This document shows, piece after piece, positions 1 through 10,170 of a DNA stretch of 64,000 bases. Source of the DNA: an uncultured delta proteobacterium (GTDB lineage: Bacteria > Myxococcota_A > Polyangia > Polyangiales > Houyiibacteriaceae); the NCBI GenBank assembly GCA_963716775.1, contig CAVQUI010000005.1, forward strand, positions 65,127 through 129,126, given 5' to 3'. The position numbers and the translations under genes were made by a program. The notes under the pieces are model-generated. The model was not told the DNA's origin, searched no databases, and saw only the letters and a program-made list of their open reading frames with translations. Numbering within the stretch: position 1 is the stretch's first letter; each line of letters begins with the position of its first letter.

Positions 1-52
1 ACCGTACGGCCGCTTAGCAAGCGGCTGCCTTCGACCACTCGGCCACCTCTCC
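1..52 (-). tRNA. tRNA-Ser(GCU), 5' portion only (3' portion lies beyond the window edge)
   Basis: Reverse complement of 1-52 reads GGAGAGG-TG-GCCGAGTGGTCGAAGGC-A-GCCGC-TTGCTAA-GCGGC-CGTACGGT. This gives an acceptor strand, a class-II D arm, a 5-bp anticodon stem, a loop with anticodon GCT and the start of a long variable arm. The 5' half is nearly identical to the complete tRNA-Ser at 7250-7339. Confidence 0.8.
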
Positions 53-177
53 AAGAAGCAAAGATTTCAAGACCCGCCACTCCCTAAAAGGCGCGCGGGC
101 GGCCTATGTAGCCGCCACCCAAAGCAGTGTCAAAGCCCCCTCGGACCGGGCTCGCGTGCCGTGCTACAAGAGGCGTC

Positions 178-730
178 ATGCGTTGGCTAATCGTGTTCTT
201 TATCGGTCTTGCGAGCTTCGCCCAGACCAGCGAGGCCCGGGCCTGCTCCTGCATGAAGCTCAGCCCTTCGGAAGGCCTCACGCTCCTCTCATGCGGTCTT
301 CACGGGCGAGGTCACCAAGCTCGAGCCGAACACGGCGACCAAGTTTGGTGGCGTCGCGGTGACGCTCCGCGTGAAGAAGGTCTGGAAAGGCGACATCCGC
401 GAGCAGGTCGAGGTCCACACGGCCGGGCAACAGCGCTGCCTGCGGATACGGCTTCGCGATTGGGGAGACGTACCTGGTCTACGCCAGCCGTGACGAGGCA
501 GACCCGATGCGAGTCAGCCTCTGCAGCCGGACCGCGCCGCTCGCAAACGCGAAAGAAGACCTCGATTTTCTCGGCAAGCCAGTCAAGCAGTTCGATGACG
601 CCTCGCCGAACCGCAAGAGACGACGCGGCAAAGACAACTGCAGTGCGTCCCCGGGGCCTGCTGCCACACGGCTCGGCTGGATGGTGCTCTTGCTTGCCGG
701 CTGGCACTCGGCCTGCGCCGTCTCGCCTGA
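178..730 (+). pseudogene. Secreted TIMP/NTR-like protein (mature N-terminus C-x-C) with MYXO-CTERM-like tail; reading frame broken at least 3 times
   Basis: ATG at 178 gives signal peptide MRWLIVFFIGLASFAQTSEARA followed by CSC. The sensible peptide continues in a second frame from ~257-292 (..HAVFTGEVTKLEPNTATKFGGVAVTLRVKKVWKGDIREQVEVHTAG). It moves to a third frame from ~421-432 (NSAACGYGFAIGETYLVYASRDEADPMRVSLCSRTAPL...DNCSASPG..WMVLLLAG). It shifts again near ~700 (LALGLRRLA, TGA 728-730). Confidence 0.45.
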
Positions 731-848
731 CTCCCGAACGAAAGATCAAGCTTGCCATCCGCTGTACGCCTGCCTTTACTGCTCACCCTCACGGTGTTGA
801 TTTGCTTCTGTCTTCGGCTGCAGCACCACACCATCCAAGCCCTCGCTC

Positions 849-1876
849 ATGGCGAACATGGCCGAGGGAGATGTGACGGTCCCGCAGCTGCGCGCCATCG
901 ACTACGAGTACGCGGCCCGTTCGCCCAACTCGTCACGACATCGGTCATGGACATCGTCGAAGCGCAGGGACGACCCGAGGCTTCGATCACGCGTATCAAT
1001 GGCGGATGTGGGCCAGCGCCCAGGCGCGCGCCGCGTCGTTCGACCAGGACCCTTTCGCCGGGATGCTGGAGCTCTGGGTCTTGGCCGGGCAGCAGCGACA
1101 ACACTTCACCGAAGGAGGGGGAAGGACGCTTTCGGCGACCGCAGGACATCGCGCACCAGACCGACGAAGCAGCTCGAGCGCGAGAATCCGAGTAGCTCGC
1201 TTCGACGGTGATGGACCCCGAAGACGTTCGAGAGATCTGAGCACGAAGCGTCGACGATTGGATCGACGAGCACCCGATCGAGGGGAGGCTCTTCGTTCGG
1301 CCGACGGCGCGCGCTGACCTCGCCGCGACTGGTCCCCGCGGAGAAGCAAGGCGGCCTCAAAGCGGTCGGAAGCATCGAGGACCAATTTCGCGACCTCAAC
1401 GATCGAATGACGATTCTCACCATGCAGATGCCCGCCGAGGCACGCTGGCAGGTCGAGTACCTAACGCAACTCGCTGTTCGAGGAACGACGTCGAGGCGCC
1501 CGATCGATGCGATGGTCGTCACCATGGAGAGATGAACGGCTTCCTCGGACGAGTTCGAAGGGACGGTGGACGCGCAGGTCGTCGCACGCTTCTAGAGGCG
1601 TCGAGAGGGAGCGTATCGCGGTGTTCGACGCGGTCGAAGAGGAGCGAGCGCATGATTCTGACGGCCATCGAGCAGGAGCGTGTGTCGATGATGGACGAAG
1701 CTCGACTCGCAGCTACGTCACCGCCACCGGCCAAGCTCGACACGGTCGGAAAGGGCCTGATCGACCACTTCTTCATGCGACTCATCGAGGTTCTCGCCGT
1801 GGTCGGTGTGGCCACGATTCTGACGGTCCTGCTGGTGCTGTTCGTCCTTCGAAAACGCCGCGGCAGCGACGATTGA
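849..1876 (+). pseudogene. Hypothetical C-terminally membrane-anchored protein; frame broken many times, boundaries uncertain
   Basis: No single ORF. Plausible peptide segments appear successively in different + frames: MANMAEGDVTVPQLRAIDYEYAA; FAQLVTTSVMDIVEAQGRPEASITRIN; MWASAQARAASFDQDPFAGMLELWVLAGQQRQHFTEG; LVPAEKQGGLKAVGSIEDQFRDLNDRMTILTMQMPAEARWQVEYLTQLA; and MILTAIEQERVSMMDEARL...LIEVLAVVGVATILTVLLVLFVLRKRRGSDD (TM anchor plus basic tail, stop 1874-1876). Confidence 0.3.
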
Positions 1877-1907
1877 CCCACGCCCGCGAAACGAATATGT
1901 CCGTTCT

Positions 1908-2754
1908 ATGGATGTGGTTTCTTTCCGAGAGACGGCCGACAAGTACTCCGTCATTTTTCTCGACGCCTACGGCGTTCTGAAGAGCTCGACCGGGCTCATC
2001 GACGGCGCCCTGGAGGTCGTCACCTCCTTGATCGACTCGGGCAAAGAGGTCTTCGTCGTCACGAACGATTCGTCCCGCTCGCCGGAGTCCATGGCCGAGC
2101 GCTACTCGAAGCAAGCCGGACGCGAGCTCTTGCCGCCGAGCCGCTACATCTCCTCAGGGCTGCTGGCGGCCGAATACCTCGAACACCAGATCCCCTACGG
2201 CAAGGTCGCCTATCTCGGGAAGCCGGAGTCCGCTCACTACATCGAAATCGCGGGCAAGATCCCGGTCCCGGTTTCGGACTGCACCCCCAAGGACAACATC
2301 GTCGCGATCGTGATCCTCGACGACGAGGGTTTCGACTGGTTCCGCGACGTGAACGCCACGCTCAACCTGATTCGACGCAGGAACGTGCCCGTCATCGTCG
2401 CCAACGCCGACATCACCTACCCCACCAGGGGCAACGACATCGCGATCGCAGTCGGCAGCCTCGGCGAGCTGCTCGTCGAGCATCACTGAAAAGACTTTCG
2501 TCCGCTTCGGCAAGCCCGACTCGATGATGTTCGCCTACTCCCTGGCCCGCGCCCGCGAGCAGCTCCCGCACGTCACCAAGCGCGACGTCTTGTTCGTAGG
2601 AGACACCCTGCGCACCGACATCATCGGCGCCAACACCTACGGATTCGACACCAGCCTAGTCCTCTCAGGCAACACCCTGCCCGAAACCGCCGACCTGATG
2701 ATCAGAACCTCAGGCATCATCCCCACCTACATCAGCGACTCGATCGCGACGTAA
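1908..2754 (+). pseudogene. HAD-superfamily (subfamily IIA-like) hydrolase, one frame break near 2480-2490
   Basis: ORFs 1908-2489 and 2524-2754 are two halves of one HAD-IIA-type protein. Motif I is FLDAYGVL, followed by VVTNDS. After the break the sequence reads ..TEKTFVRFGKPDSMMFAYSLA.. and VLFVGDTLRTDIIGA (motif IV). Total length is 3n+1. Confidence 0.6.
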
Positions 2755-2772
2755 GCAGGCGCAGCGCGTGTT

Positions 2773-3817
2773 CTACAAAACCTCGAGCAGCGGCTCGAAG
2801 TCTGCGATTTCTAGGTGCGGCAGGTAGTCGTGCACCGCTTCCTGCTGCAGGCGTTGGCAGATGTCTGGCTGGAAGAAGTGCTCTCCGACTCGGAGGACGT
2901 AGTTTAGGATGAAAAAGCGGTACGCCTCTTTGAGAAAGAGCAGCTCCTCTTTGCTGAGGCGGTGAACCTCGTGGTACGCGCGTAGGAACTTCATGAACCG
3001 CTCGTCGAAGAGCGGGTCGACCGTGTAGCTGAAGGCGGTCTGGTCGCCTTCGGCTCGAACGACGAGGGCGCAGAAATAGAAATCTAGCATCCGCGGCTCG
3101 ATACGAAACCAGTCGTAGTCCCATCGTGAGAAGAACTTGAAGCCGTCCCCGTCCATGCCGACCGAGAAGTTCCCGCGGTTCCAGTCGATCAGCACGGGGA
3201 TCTTGGTCCACTCGTGGTAGCCGAGGTCGTCGGCATTTCCGAGAAAGGCATCGCAGTGGGCGCGCACGTAGCTGATCGACGAGTTCGAGAAGCCTCGCTC
3301 ACGGCGCCATTCGGAGCTGCCGATCGCATCGTGGAGGCTGGCCACATCCGAACCGAGCGACTGCCAGGTTGGCCTCACGCGGTTCGAAATCGTCCAAACA
3401 CTCCCGATGGAACAGTCCCAACTCCTGGCCGAAAGACTCGATCTGCCCGTCGGTCAGCACATTGGGGAGGAAGTCGTAGAACGGTTGCTGCGCGTAGAAG
3501 ACGACCCACTCGTCCTCGTCGCGATACGTGAAGACCTCGTCGTTCTTGAGAAGGACCCGCGCTAGGAACGACGCGTAGCGGGTCCCTCGAAGCCGGTGAA
3601 TCCACTCGTGAATCCGGTAGTGGTCCTGTCGAAAATGCACGTACGAGCCGTAGCTCGAACGCTTCGCCACCACGGCGTGCCCGTCATCGAGGACGAGCAG
3701 GTACACCGAGTTGGTCGAAACGTTCGCGCTCACCTCCCGCATCTCGACCACTTCCCGGTGATCCCCGTAGGCATCCCAGGCTGCAGTCACGATGAGTGGG
3801 ACAGCTGGCTCAGTCAC
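2773..3817 (-). pseudogene. Kinase-fold phosphotransferase (APH/CotS/MtnK-like), one frame break near 3376-3384
   Basis: ORFs 3299-3817 and 2773-3378 join as ..GLFHRECLDDFEP / VRPTWQSLGSDV... Brenner-type catalytic motif LIDWNRGNF and downstream WDYDW are present. Length is 3n+1. The gene starts 18 nt downstream of the aldolase gene on the same strand. Confidence 0.6.
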
Positions 3818-3834
3818 GCTTGAACGAGCAGTTC

Positions 3835-4752
3835 TTATGCCTGCGCGGCGTAGAGATCCATGATGTCATGCAAGAGCTTGACGGCATCGGCCTCAGACCG
3901 CTGGAAGGCGTTGCGGCCGACGATCGAGCCGTAGCCACCGCCCTTTGCGATTTCGCCGATCTCTTCGAGAACCGCATCGGTGCCCTTGGCAGCGCCACCC
4001 GAGAAGATGACGATGCGCTTCCCGTTGAAAGCCGCCTGCACGACGTGCTTGACGCGATCGGCCAAGGTGTCGATGGGGATGTTCTCGTAGCTCTTCTTGG
4101 CCGCGTCCTGGAAGATCACTTTGCTCGGAGGCTTGACCTTGACGACGTGTGCGCCGAGCTGGCAGGCGATCTGTGCCGCATATGCTGCGACATCGATGGC
4201 GGTCTCCGCCTCCTTAGGCATGTTGCCCCGCGGGTACGACCAGACGATGCTCGGTAGGCCGGCGGCGCGCGCCTGGTTGATGAGGTCCCGAAGGTCTTGG
4301 TACATCTGGTTACGAAGCCCACTGCCGGGGTAGATCGTGAAACCGATCCCCGAACAGCCGAGCCGAACCGCGTCATCGACGGCCGACGTGAGCGCCGAGC
4401 ACGGCGTGTCGGGCCCACCGAGCGAGTCGCTGTTGTTCACCTTCAAGATGAGGGGAAGCTCACCGGCATACCGGTGCGCGATCGACTCGATGAAGCCGAG
4501 CGGCGCCGCATAGCCATTGCAACCAGCCTCGACGGCCAGCGCGGGGTGGTAGGCCGGGTCGTAGCCGGGAGGGTTCGGCGCGAAGGAGCGGGCCGGTCCG
4601 TGCTCGAAGCCCTGGTCGACCGGCAGGATCACGATCTTGCCCGTTCCAGCGAGGCGCCCAGTGTTCATCAGTCGCCTGAGATTTCCGATGACGCCAGGAT
4701 TCTCACCTGCGTAGTTCGCGAGGATTTTTTCGACTCGTTCACTCATGCCCAT
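3835..4752 (-). CDS. Class I fructose-bisphosphate aldolase family protein (DhnA/FbaB/LsrF-type TIM barrel)
   Basis: Intact 305-aa ORF. Family-typical stretches: ILPVDQGFEHGP, LILKVNNSD, HVVKVKPP (Schiff-base Lys context) and SIVGRNAFQR. Confidence 0.8.
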   Translation of the reverse strand: MGMSERVEKILANYAGENPGVIGNLRRLMNTGRLAGTGKIVILPVDQGFEHGPARSFAPNPPGYDPAYHPALAVEAGCNGYAAPLGFIESIAHRYAGELPLILKVNNSDSLGGPDTPCSALTSAVDDAVRLGCSGIGFTIYPGSGLRNQMYQDLRDLINQARAAGLPSIVWSYPRGNMPKEAETAIDVAAYAAQIACQLGAHVVKVKPPSKVIFQDAAKKSYENIPIDTLADRVKHVVQAAFNGKRIVIFSGGAAKGTDAVLEEIGEIAKGGGYGSIVGRNAFQRSEADAVKLLHDIMDLYAAQA

Positions 4753-4857
4753 AGCCTCCGTTTCTCGGCGACGACCTTAGCTCAGAGATCGAGATCGGCC
4801 ATGCGATTCGGAGCAAGAGTCAGGCGCAAGACTTGCGCCTGGGAGGGAGCTTCGAGG

Positions 4858-5358
4858 TCAGTCCAGCGGGGTGGCTTCCCAGTCGCCGGAGCAGAGCTCG
4901 CCGTCCACCAGGATGGCCCCCTCACCGGATGCGGTCAGTCCGTCGAAGCTCCCGCTGATATCGAAGTATCCACGGGGATCGACGAGCCGGAAGGCACCAT
5001 CGATAACCGGGACGTCCGGACCGTACGCGAGAGAACCGTTACATTCCTGAAACGAAATCTGGAGCGAAACCGACTGACAATGGTGAACCGGCTGGTCGGC
5101 CTGCGTCAGCGCGGTGCCGTCCTCGTTCAGATTGAAGCAAATCTCGCCCAGGGGGCGCCGGGGCCTGTTTCGCCCGATCCCGTCCAAAGCCCCTCGGCGC
5201 TTGGCGCGCTGCCGCCCGCCCCGCTCAGGCCTCCGGAACCGCCGTCGCCCGCCGTCCCGCTGGCGCCAACTCCGCCATCCGCCGATCCGCTGCACCCGAG
5301 GAGCGGAAGCGAACAGGATCGCGCAGATCGGCGCCCAGGTCCTGGTATGAGGCCTCAT
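4858..5358 (-). pseudogene. Small lipoprotein of unknown function; two compensating frame breaks in the Gly/Ser linker
   Basis: MRPHTRTWAPICAILFASAP is followed, in a shifted frame, by GCSGSADGGVGASGTAGDGGSGGLSGAGGSAPSAEG (lipobox Cys plus G/S linker). The sequence then returns to the first frame for PLGEICFNLNEDGT...ELCSGDWEATPLD. Net length is 3n. Confidence 0.4.
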
Positions 5359-5382
5359 CGCGACCGCCATGATTTTGGCTCT

Positions 5383-7179
5383 CTATGCATAGAACGCCGA
5401 GATCACCGAGGCGTACTTCTCGTTCACGATGTTTCGCTTCACTTTGAGCGTCGGCGTCAGCTCGCCTCCGTCTACGCTGAACACGGTGGGGAGAATCTGA
5501 ATCTTCTTGATCGTCTGGTAGCGGGCGACCTTCTTGTTGCAGACCTCCTGCATTTCCTGCTCGATGAAGCGCTTCACCTCTGGATTGCGGGCCGCGGTTT
5601 CGACATCGCTCAAGCCTGAAATCTGCGAGGCGACCTCGAGCTCGGGGAGCGCCTCGGGGTCGAGCACGATCAGCGCCGACAAATACGGCTGCCGGTCGCC
5701 AACCACCACGGCCTGCCCGACGCCGGGAATCGCCTGCAGGTAGCCCTCCATCTCGGCGGGCGCAACGTTCTTGCCGCCGGCGGTGATGATCAGGTCCTTC
5801 TTGCGTCCGGTGATCGAGATGTAGCCGTCTTCGTCGATCGCGCCGAGGTCGCCGGTGTACATCCAATCGTCGTCGTCATAGAGCTCGGCGGTCTTGTCGG
5901 GCAGGCGAAGGTAGCCCTTCACCATGTTGATGCCCTTGAGCATGATCTCGCCATCGTCGGCGATCCTTGCTTCGACGCCCGGCAGAGGCTTTCCGATCGT
6001 GCCGAATCGCAGCTTCCCGTACGGCTGCACCGAGGCGAAGGCCGTCGTCTCGGTCATCCCGTAGCCCTCGTGAATCGGCAGGCCAATCGAGGCGAAGAAC
6101 TCCAGCGTGGACACCGAGATCGGCGCCGCACCGCTCAGCGCAACTTGCAGCTGATCCAAGCCTAGGGCGTCTTTGATCTTCGAGATGACCAGCTTGTTGG
6201 CGAGATTGCGCGAGAAGCTCGTCACCGGACGTCCGGTTGCGGCCTCTTGTTTGAAGGCCTCGAGCTCGGTCCTGCGCGCCCAGCTCGCCAGCTTGGCCTT
6301 GATGCCGGTCGCTTCGGCCAACTTCCCGCGAAGCGCAGCCTCGAACTTCTCCCAGACACGCGGAACGGCGAGGAAGATCGTCGGATGCACCTCGATGAGG
6401 TAGTCCTTGATCTGGGTGAGGTCGCCACAGTAGTAGGTCTCCGCCTGCGTGACGAGCCCGGCAAAATTGGTCATCCCCTGCTCGGCCGCATGACAGAGCG
6501 GCAGATAGCTGACGTTGCGCGTCTTCGTCTCGATCAGCGATGGAAACACCTCGGCCACGGCGTTGGCGATGAGATCGATCCCTCGGTGGGTGAGCATGGC
6601 CCCCTTGGGCAACCCCGTCGTGCCGGATGTGTAGATCAGCAGCGCGACGTCATCCATCTTCACGGCGTCGAGCCGCGCTTCGAGCTCGGCATCGCTGGTC
6701 GAATCGCCCTTCGCCATCAGCGCGTCGAGGGTGATCACGCGAGGGTCGCTCGATCCGAGGTCATCCATCGTCACGATGTGCTCGATCGGGCTCTCGTCCT
6801 CGGCGATCGATAAGAACTTATTAAGCTGAGTCTCGTCGTCACAGACGACGATCTTCGACTCCGCGTTGCCTACGATATAGGCCATCTGCTCCGGCAAGAG
6901 CGTCGTATAGAGCGGCGCCGGAATCCCCTGAGCAGCGTTGATCCCGTGCTGGCAGATCACCCAATCGCGCCGGTTGGCACCGACGATGGCCACGCAATCC
7001 TCGGGCTGAAGCCCAAGCGCCATCAGCCCCTTCCCAACCCGCCGCACGCTCTCCCAGTACTCGGCCCAGGTGTTGGTCACCCAGCCACCGTCAGGGCCGC
7101 GATCGTGAATGGCGGCATCGTCAGGGTTAGCCTTGGCCCACCCTTCGATCCGCGAAAGCATCGTTCCTTGCAGCGTCAT
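5383..7179 (-). CDS. Long-chain fatty-acid--CoA ligase (AMP-forming acyl-CoA synthetase)
   Basis: Intact 598-aa ORF with AMP-binding motifs [27 protein letters not shown] and [19 protein letters not shown]. Confidence 0.9.
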   Translation of the reverse strand: MTLQGTMLSRIEGWAKANPDDAAIHDRGPDGGWVTNTWAEYWESVRRVGKGLMALGLQPEDCVAIVGANRRDWVICQHGINAAQGIPAPLYTTLLPEQMAYIVGNAESKIVVCDDETQLNKFLSIAEDESPIEHIVTMDDLGSSDPRVITLDALMAKGDSTSDAELEARLDAVKMDDVALLIYTSGTTGLPKGAMLTHRGIDLIANAVAEVFPSLIETKTRNVSYLPLCHAAEQGMTNFAGLVTQAETYYCGDLTQIKDYLIEVHPTIFLAVPRVWEKFEAALRGKLAEATGIKAKLASWARRTELEAFKQEAATGRPVTSFSRNLANKLVISKIKDALGLDQLQVALSGAAPISVSTLEFFASIGLPIHEGYGMTETTAFASVQPYGKLRFGTIGKPLPGVEARIADDGEIMLKGINMVKGYLRLPDKTAELYDDDDWMYTGDLGAIDEDGYISITGRKKDLIITAGGKNVAPAEMEGYLQAIPGVGQAVVVGDRQPYLSALIVLDPEALPELEVASQISGLSDVETAARNPEVKRFIEQEMQEVCNKKVARYQTIKKIQILPTVFSVDGGELTPTLKVKRNIVNEKYASVISAFYA

Positions 7180-7248
7180 GTACCCTCCCTCAAGAGGCGG
7201 CCACGCTACTCGATCGGTGGCGGGGATCCTAGCGCGACCACGGCAAAA

Positions 7249-7339
<91 letters not shown>

Positions 7340-7455
7340 GTGGAGGAGGCGATTTAGCACATGGATCGCGTGCTGGCCCTTCCCATTTGGCGGGTTCCTG
7401 GCCTATATTACCCGGTCCCGGCCGGTGGGCGGCTGGAAACCCAAGAGGTGACGCT

Positions 7456-9243
7456 GTGGCTACAGACACGATTCCCAATCGACTCCTGCAACGGGCGAAG
7501 AAATCCCCCAACGACCCGGCGTACTACGTGCGCGAAGGTGGAAGTTGGAAGCCGACGAACTGGGGCACGTACTCCGACCAGGTGACGCAGGCCGGGCGCG
7601 CCCTGATCGCGCTTGGCTACGAGCCCGGGCAGACGGTTTGCATCCTCGGATTCAACCGCCCCGAGTGGGCCATCATCGACCTCGCCGCGATGGGTGCTGG
7701 CGGCGCGCCGGCAGGCATCTACACCACCTGCTCGCCCGTCGAGGTTCGCTACATCGCCGCCCACGCCGATGCGCCGATCATCGTCGTCGAAAACCAAGAT
7801 CAATGGCGGAAGGTTCTCGCCGAACGCGAGAACATGCCGAACCTCAAGCACGTGGTCACCATGAAGGGCTGTCCTTCGATCGCCGACGACATGGTGATGA
7901 GCTGGGAAGAGTTCATGGCCAAGGGCGATGAAGTCGAAAAGCAGGCGTACATCGACCGCGTCGAGAGTCTAAAGCCGGAGGCGCTTGCAACTCTGATCTA
8001 CACCTCGGGGACCACCGGTCCGCCCAAGGGTGTGATGCTGAGCAACGAGAACCTGGCCTGGACTTCCAACACCGCGATTCAGATCACCACGATCGGCTCG
8101 ACGGATTGCTCGCTCTCCTATCTGCCGCTTTCACACATCGCCGAGCAAATGTTCACGCTGCACATTCCGATCACCACCGGAGCCCGCGTGTACTTCGCCG
8201 AATCGATCGAAGCCGTGCCGGAGAACCTCAAAGAGGTGCAGCCCACCATCTTCTTCGGCGTGCCGCGCATCTGGGAGAAGTTCCACGCCGGCATCTCTGC
8301 GAAGCTCAAGGAAGCAACTGGCGTGAAGGCCAAGCTCGTGAAATGGGCCATGAAGGTGGGCTGGGAGGCCAATCAGAGCCCCGAGGGCGCCAAAGGCCTG
8401 CAATATCAGCTCGCCCACAAGCTCATCTACTCGAAGCTCCTGCCGGCGATCGGTATGGGCAATGCCCGCGTTTGCGTCACCGGCGCGGCGCCCATTGCCC
8501 GTGAGGTGCTCGAGTTCTTCGCGAGCTTGAACCTCATCGTGCTCGAAGTTTACGGGCAGTCGGAGGACAGCGGCCCGACCAGCTTCAACACCCCGAGCCG
8601 ATATCGTTTCGGCAGCGTCGGCCCCGCACTGCCGGGCGTCGAGGTGAAGATCGCCGAAGACGACGAGATCATGGTCAAGGGGCCGAACGTCTTCATGGGC
8701 TACTACAAGGACAAGGAAGCAACCGATTCCACGCTCTCCGACGGCTGGTTGCATTCAGGCGACTTGGGCGCATTCGATCAAGACGGCTTCTTGAACATCA
8801 CCGGCCGCAAGAAGGACATCATCATCACTGCGGGCGGCAAGAACATCACGCCGAAGAACCTCGAAGCGGCCATCAAGAATCACGAGCTCGTCGACGAGGC
8901 GGTGGTGATCGGCGACCGTCGCAAGTTCCTGAGCGCGCTCGTCACGATCGACGCAGAGGCCGGCCCGGCCTGGGCCGCGGCCAACGGCGAAGACCCGAAC
9001 GCGCTTCACAAGAGCGAAAAGCTCCGGGCGAGCATCCAGAAGCACATCGACGAGATGAACGAGCACTTTGCTCGCGTCGAGCAGATCAAGAAATTCACCA
9101 TTCTAAAGCGCAACCTCTCCATCGAAGATGGTGAGCTCACACCGACCCTGAAGGTCAAGCGCGCCAAGGTGAACGATCACTTCGCCGAGGACATCGAAGC
9201 GATGTACGCCGAGGTCGGCGCGCAGGCTCAGCCTCGGGCCTGA
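7456..9243 (+). CDS. Long-chain fatty-acid--CoA ligase (paralog of 5383-7179)
   Basis: The homologous part of the 765-aa ORF starts at GTG 7456 ([23 protein letters not shown]), preceded by AAGAGG 7 nt upstream. The upstream part of the ORF runs across the tRNA gene and is not coding. Motifs: [45 protein letters not shown]. Confidence 0.9.
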   Translation: MATDTIPNRLLQRAKKSPNDPAYYVREGGSWKPTNWGTYSDQVTQAGRALIALGYEPGQTVCILGFNRPEWAIIDLAAMGAGGAPAGIYTTCSPVEVRYIAAHADAPIIVVENQDQWRKVLAERENMPNLKHVVTMKGCPSIADDMVMSWEEFMAKGDEVEKQAYIDRVESLKPEALATLIYTSGTTGPPKGVMLSNENLAWTSNTAIQITTIGSTDCSLSYLPLSHIAEQMFTLHIPITTGARVYFAESIEAVPENLKEVQPTIFFGVPRIWEKFHAGISAKLKEATGVKAKLVKWAMKVGWEANQSPEGAKGLQYQLAHKLIYSKLLPAIGMGNARVCVTGAAPIAREVLEFFASLNLIVLEVYGQSEDSGPTSFNTPSRYRFGSVGPALPGVEVKIAEDDEIMVKGPNVFMGYYKDKEATDSTLSDGWLHSGDLGAFDQDGFLNITGRKKDIIITAGGKNITPKNLEAAIKNHELVDEAVVIGDRRKFLSALVTIDAEAGPAWAAANGEDPNALHKSEKLRASIQKHIDEMNEHFARVEQIKKFTILKRNLSIEDGELTPTLKVKRAKVNDHFAEDIEAMYAEVGAQAQPRA

Positions 9244-9280
9244 AGGAGCTAGCTAGAGACGAATCGGACCTGGGCGGCGT

Positions 9281-9697
9281 CTAACCGACGACCGTCACGG
9301 TGACTCGTCGCCGATGGCCCCGGCGGCGGTGTTCCCAAAGGAAAACACCCTGCCAGGTGCCGAGGTCGCAACGGCCCCCGCTGACCGGAATGCCCAAAGA
9401 GGTCTGGGTGAGCGCGGTCTTGACGTGCGCCGGCATGTCATCCGGACCTTCCATCGTGTGAACGTAGAGCGAGTCTCCGTCCGGAACGAGGCGCGAAAGG
9501 AAGGCCTCGAGGTCGCGCTGCACGTCGCGGTCGGCGTTCTCGTTGATGATCACCGACGCGCTGGTGTGATGGATGAAGACCGTGCACAGGCCTTCGGAAA
9601 TTCCAGAGGCCGCGACCGCTTCCTGGACCTGCCGCGTGATCTCGGTCGTGCCCCTACCCCGGGTTTCGACGGCAAAGGATTGCGACTTCGCGCTCAT
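9281..9697 (-). CDS. YjbQ/UPF0047 family protein (secondary thiamine-phosphate synthase-like)
   Basis: MSAKSQSFAVETRGRGTTEITRQV...CTVFIHHTSASVIINENADRDV...GPDDMPAHVK..LGTWQGVFLWEHR is typical of the family. ATG at 9697 overlaps the upstream stop (ATGA). Confidence 0.8.
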   Translation of the reverse strand: MSAKSQSFAVETRGRGTTEITRQVQEAVAASGISEGLCTVFIHHTSASVIINENADRDVQRDLEAFLSRLVPDGDSLYVHTMEGPDDMPAHVKTALTQTSLGIPVSGGRCDLGTWQGVFLWEHRRRGHRRRVTVTVVG

Positions 9698-10167
9698 GAT
9701 GCCGACACCCTCATCCACATGGCCGCCTGGTCGCCCTGATAGATCAAGATGTCGTCTTGAGTGAAGCGGAACTCGTACCGTCCGAACACCTGGTTCTCAC
9801 GCTGGCGGATCTTCGTGGCACGAAGCTCCATATCGAGCGGCGACCCCATCTTCGCGAGTGCGGCGAAGCGCGCGTCGTAGATCCGACCGCCGTAGCCGAT
9901 CCAGCCGTCGACGTGCCGAAGGCCAAGAACATAATACGTGTGCATGAAGCCGAGTATCCCCGTCAGGTGCACCATCAGGCCACCGCTGACGTGCCGCGGA
10001 TGCCGCACCGGGTGTGCCCGCTGATCGCGAGTGATCGGAAGGTCGGGGCGCGTAGTCATCCGCGCACGCACGATGCCGGCTTCTTTGTCGATCTCGACGA
10101 GCTCGTCGATACAAATCGCTCCGGGGCCGTACGGGCAATCAGCAACGAATTCCGGGTCCAATGGCAT
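9694..10167 (-). CDS. Hotdog-fold protein (FabA/FabZ-like dehydratase superfamily), function uncertain
   Basis: Intact 157-aa ORF. The central HPRHVSGGLMVHLTGILG resembles the His-containing hotdog helix. Tightly packed in the operon. Confidence 0.45.
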   Translation of the reverse strand: MPLDPEFVADCPYGPGAICIDELVEIDKEAGIVRARMTTRPDLPITRDQRAHPVRHPRHVSGGLMVHLTGILGFMHTYYVLGLRHVDGWIGYGGRIYDARFAALAKMGSPLDMELRATKIRQRENQVFGRYEFRFTQDDILIYQGDQAAMWMRVSAS

Positions 10168-10170
10168 GCT

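Noticed and set aside
4297-5619. Long ORFs antisense to well-supported genes. Examples: 4297-5619 (+), 9757-10944 (+), 14373-15602 (+), 30064-31614 (+), 48016-49080 (-), 54861-55988 (-), 57169-58098 (-).
   Set aside because: Their translations are Arg/Gly/Pro/His-rich with no recognisable motifs. The opposite strand encodes clear family members (aldolase, QueE, FabG4-like, sulfatase-like, S55, Lon). Such shadow ORFs are expected in GC-rich DNA.
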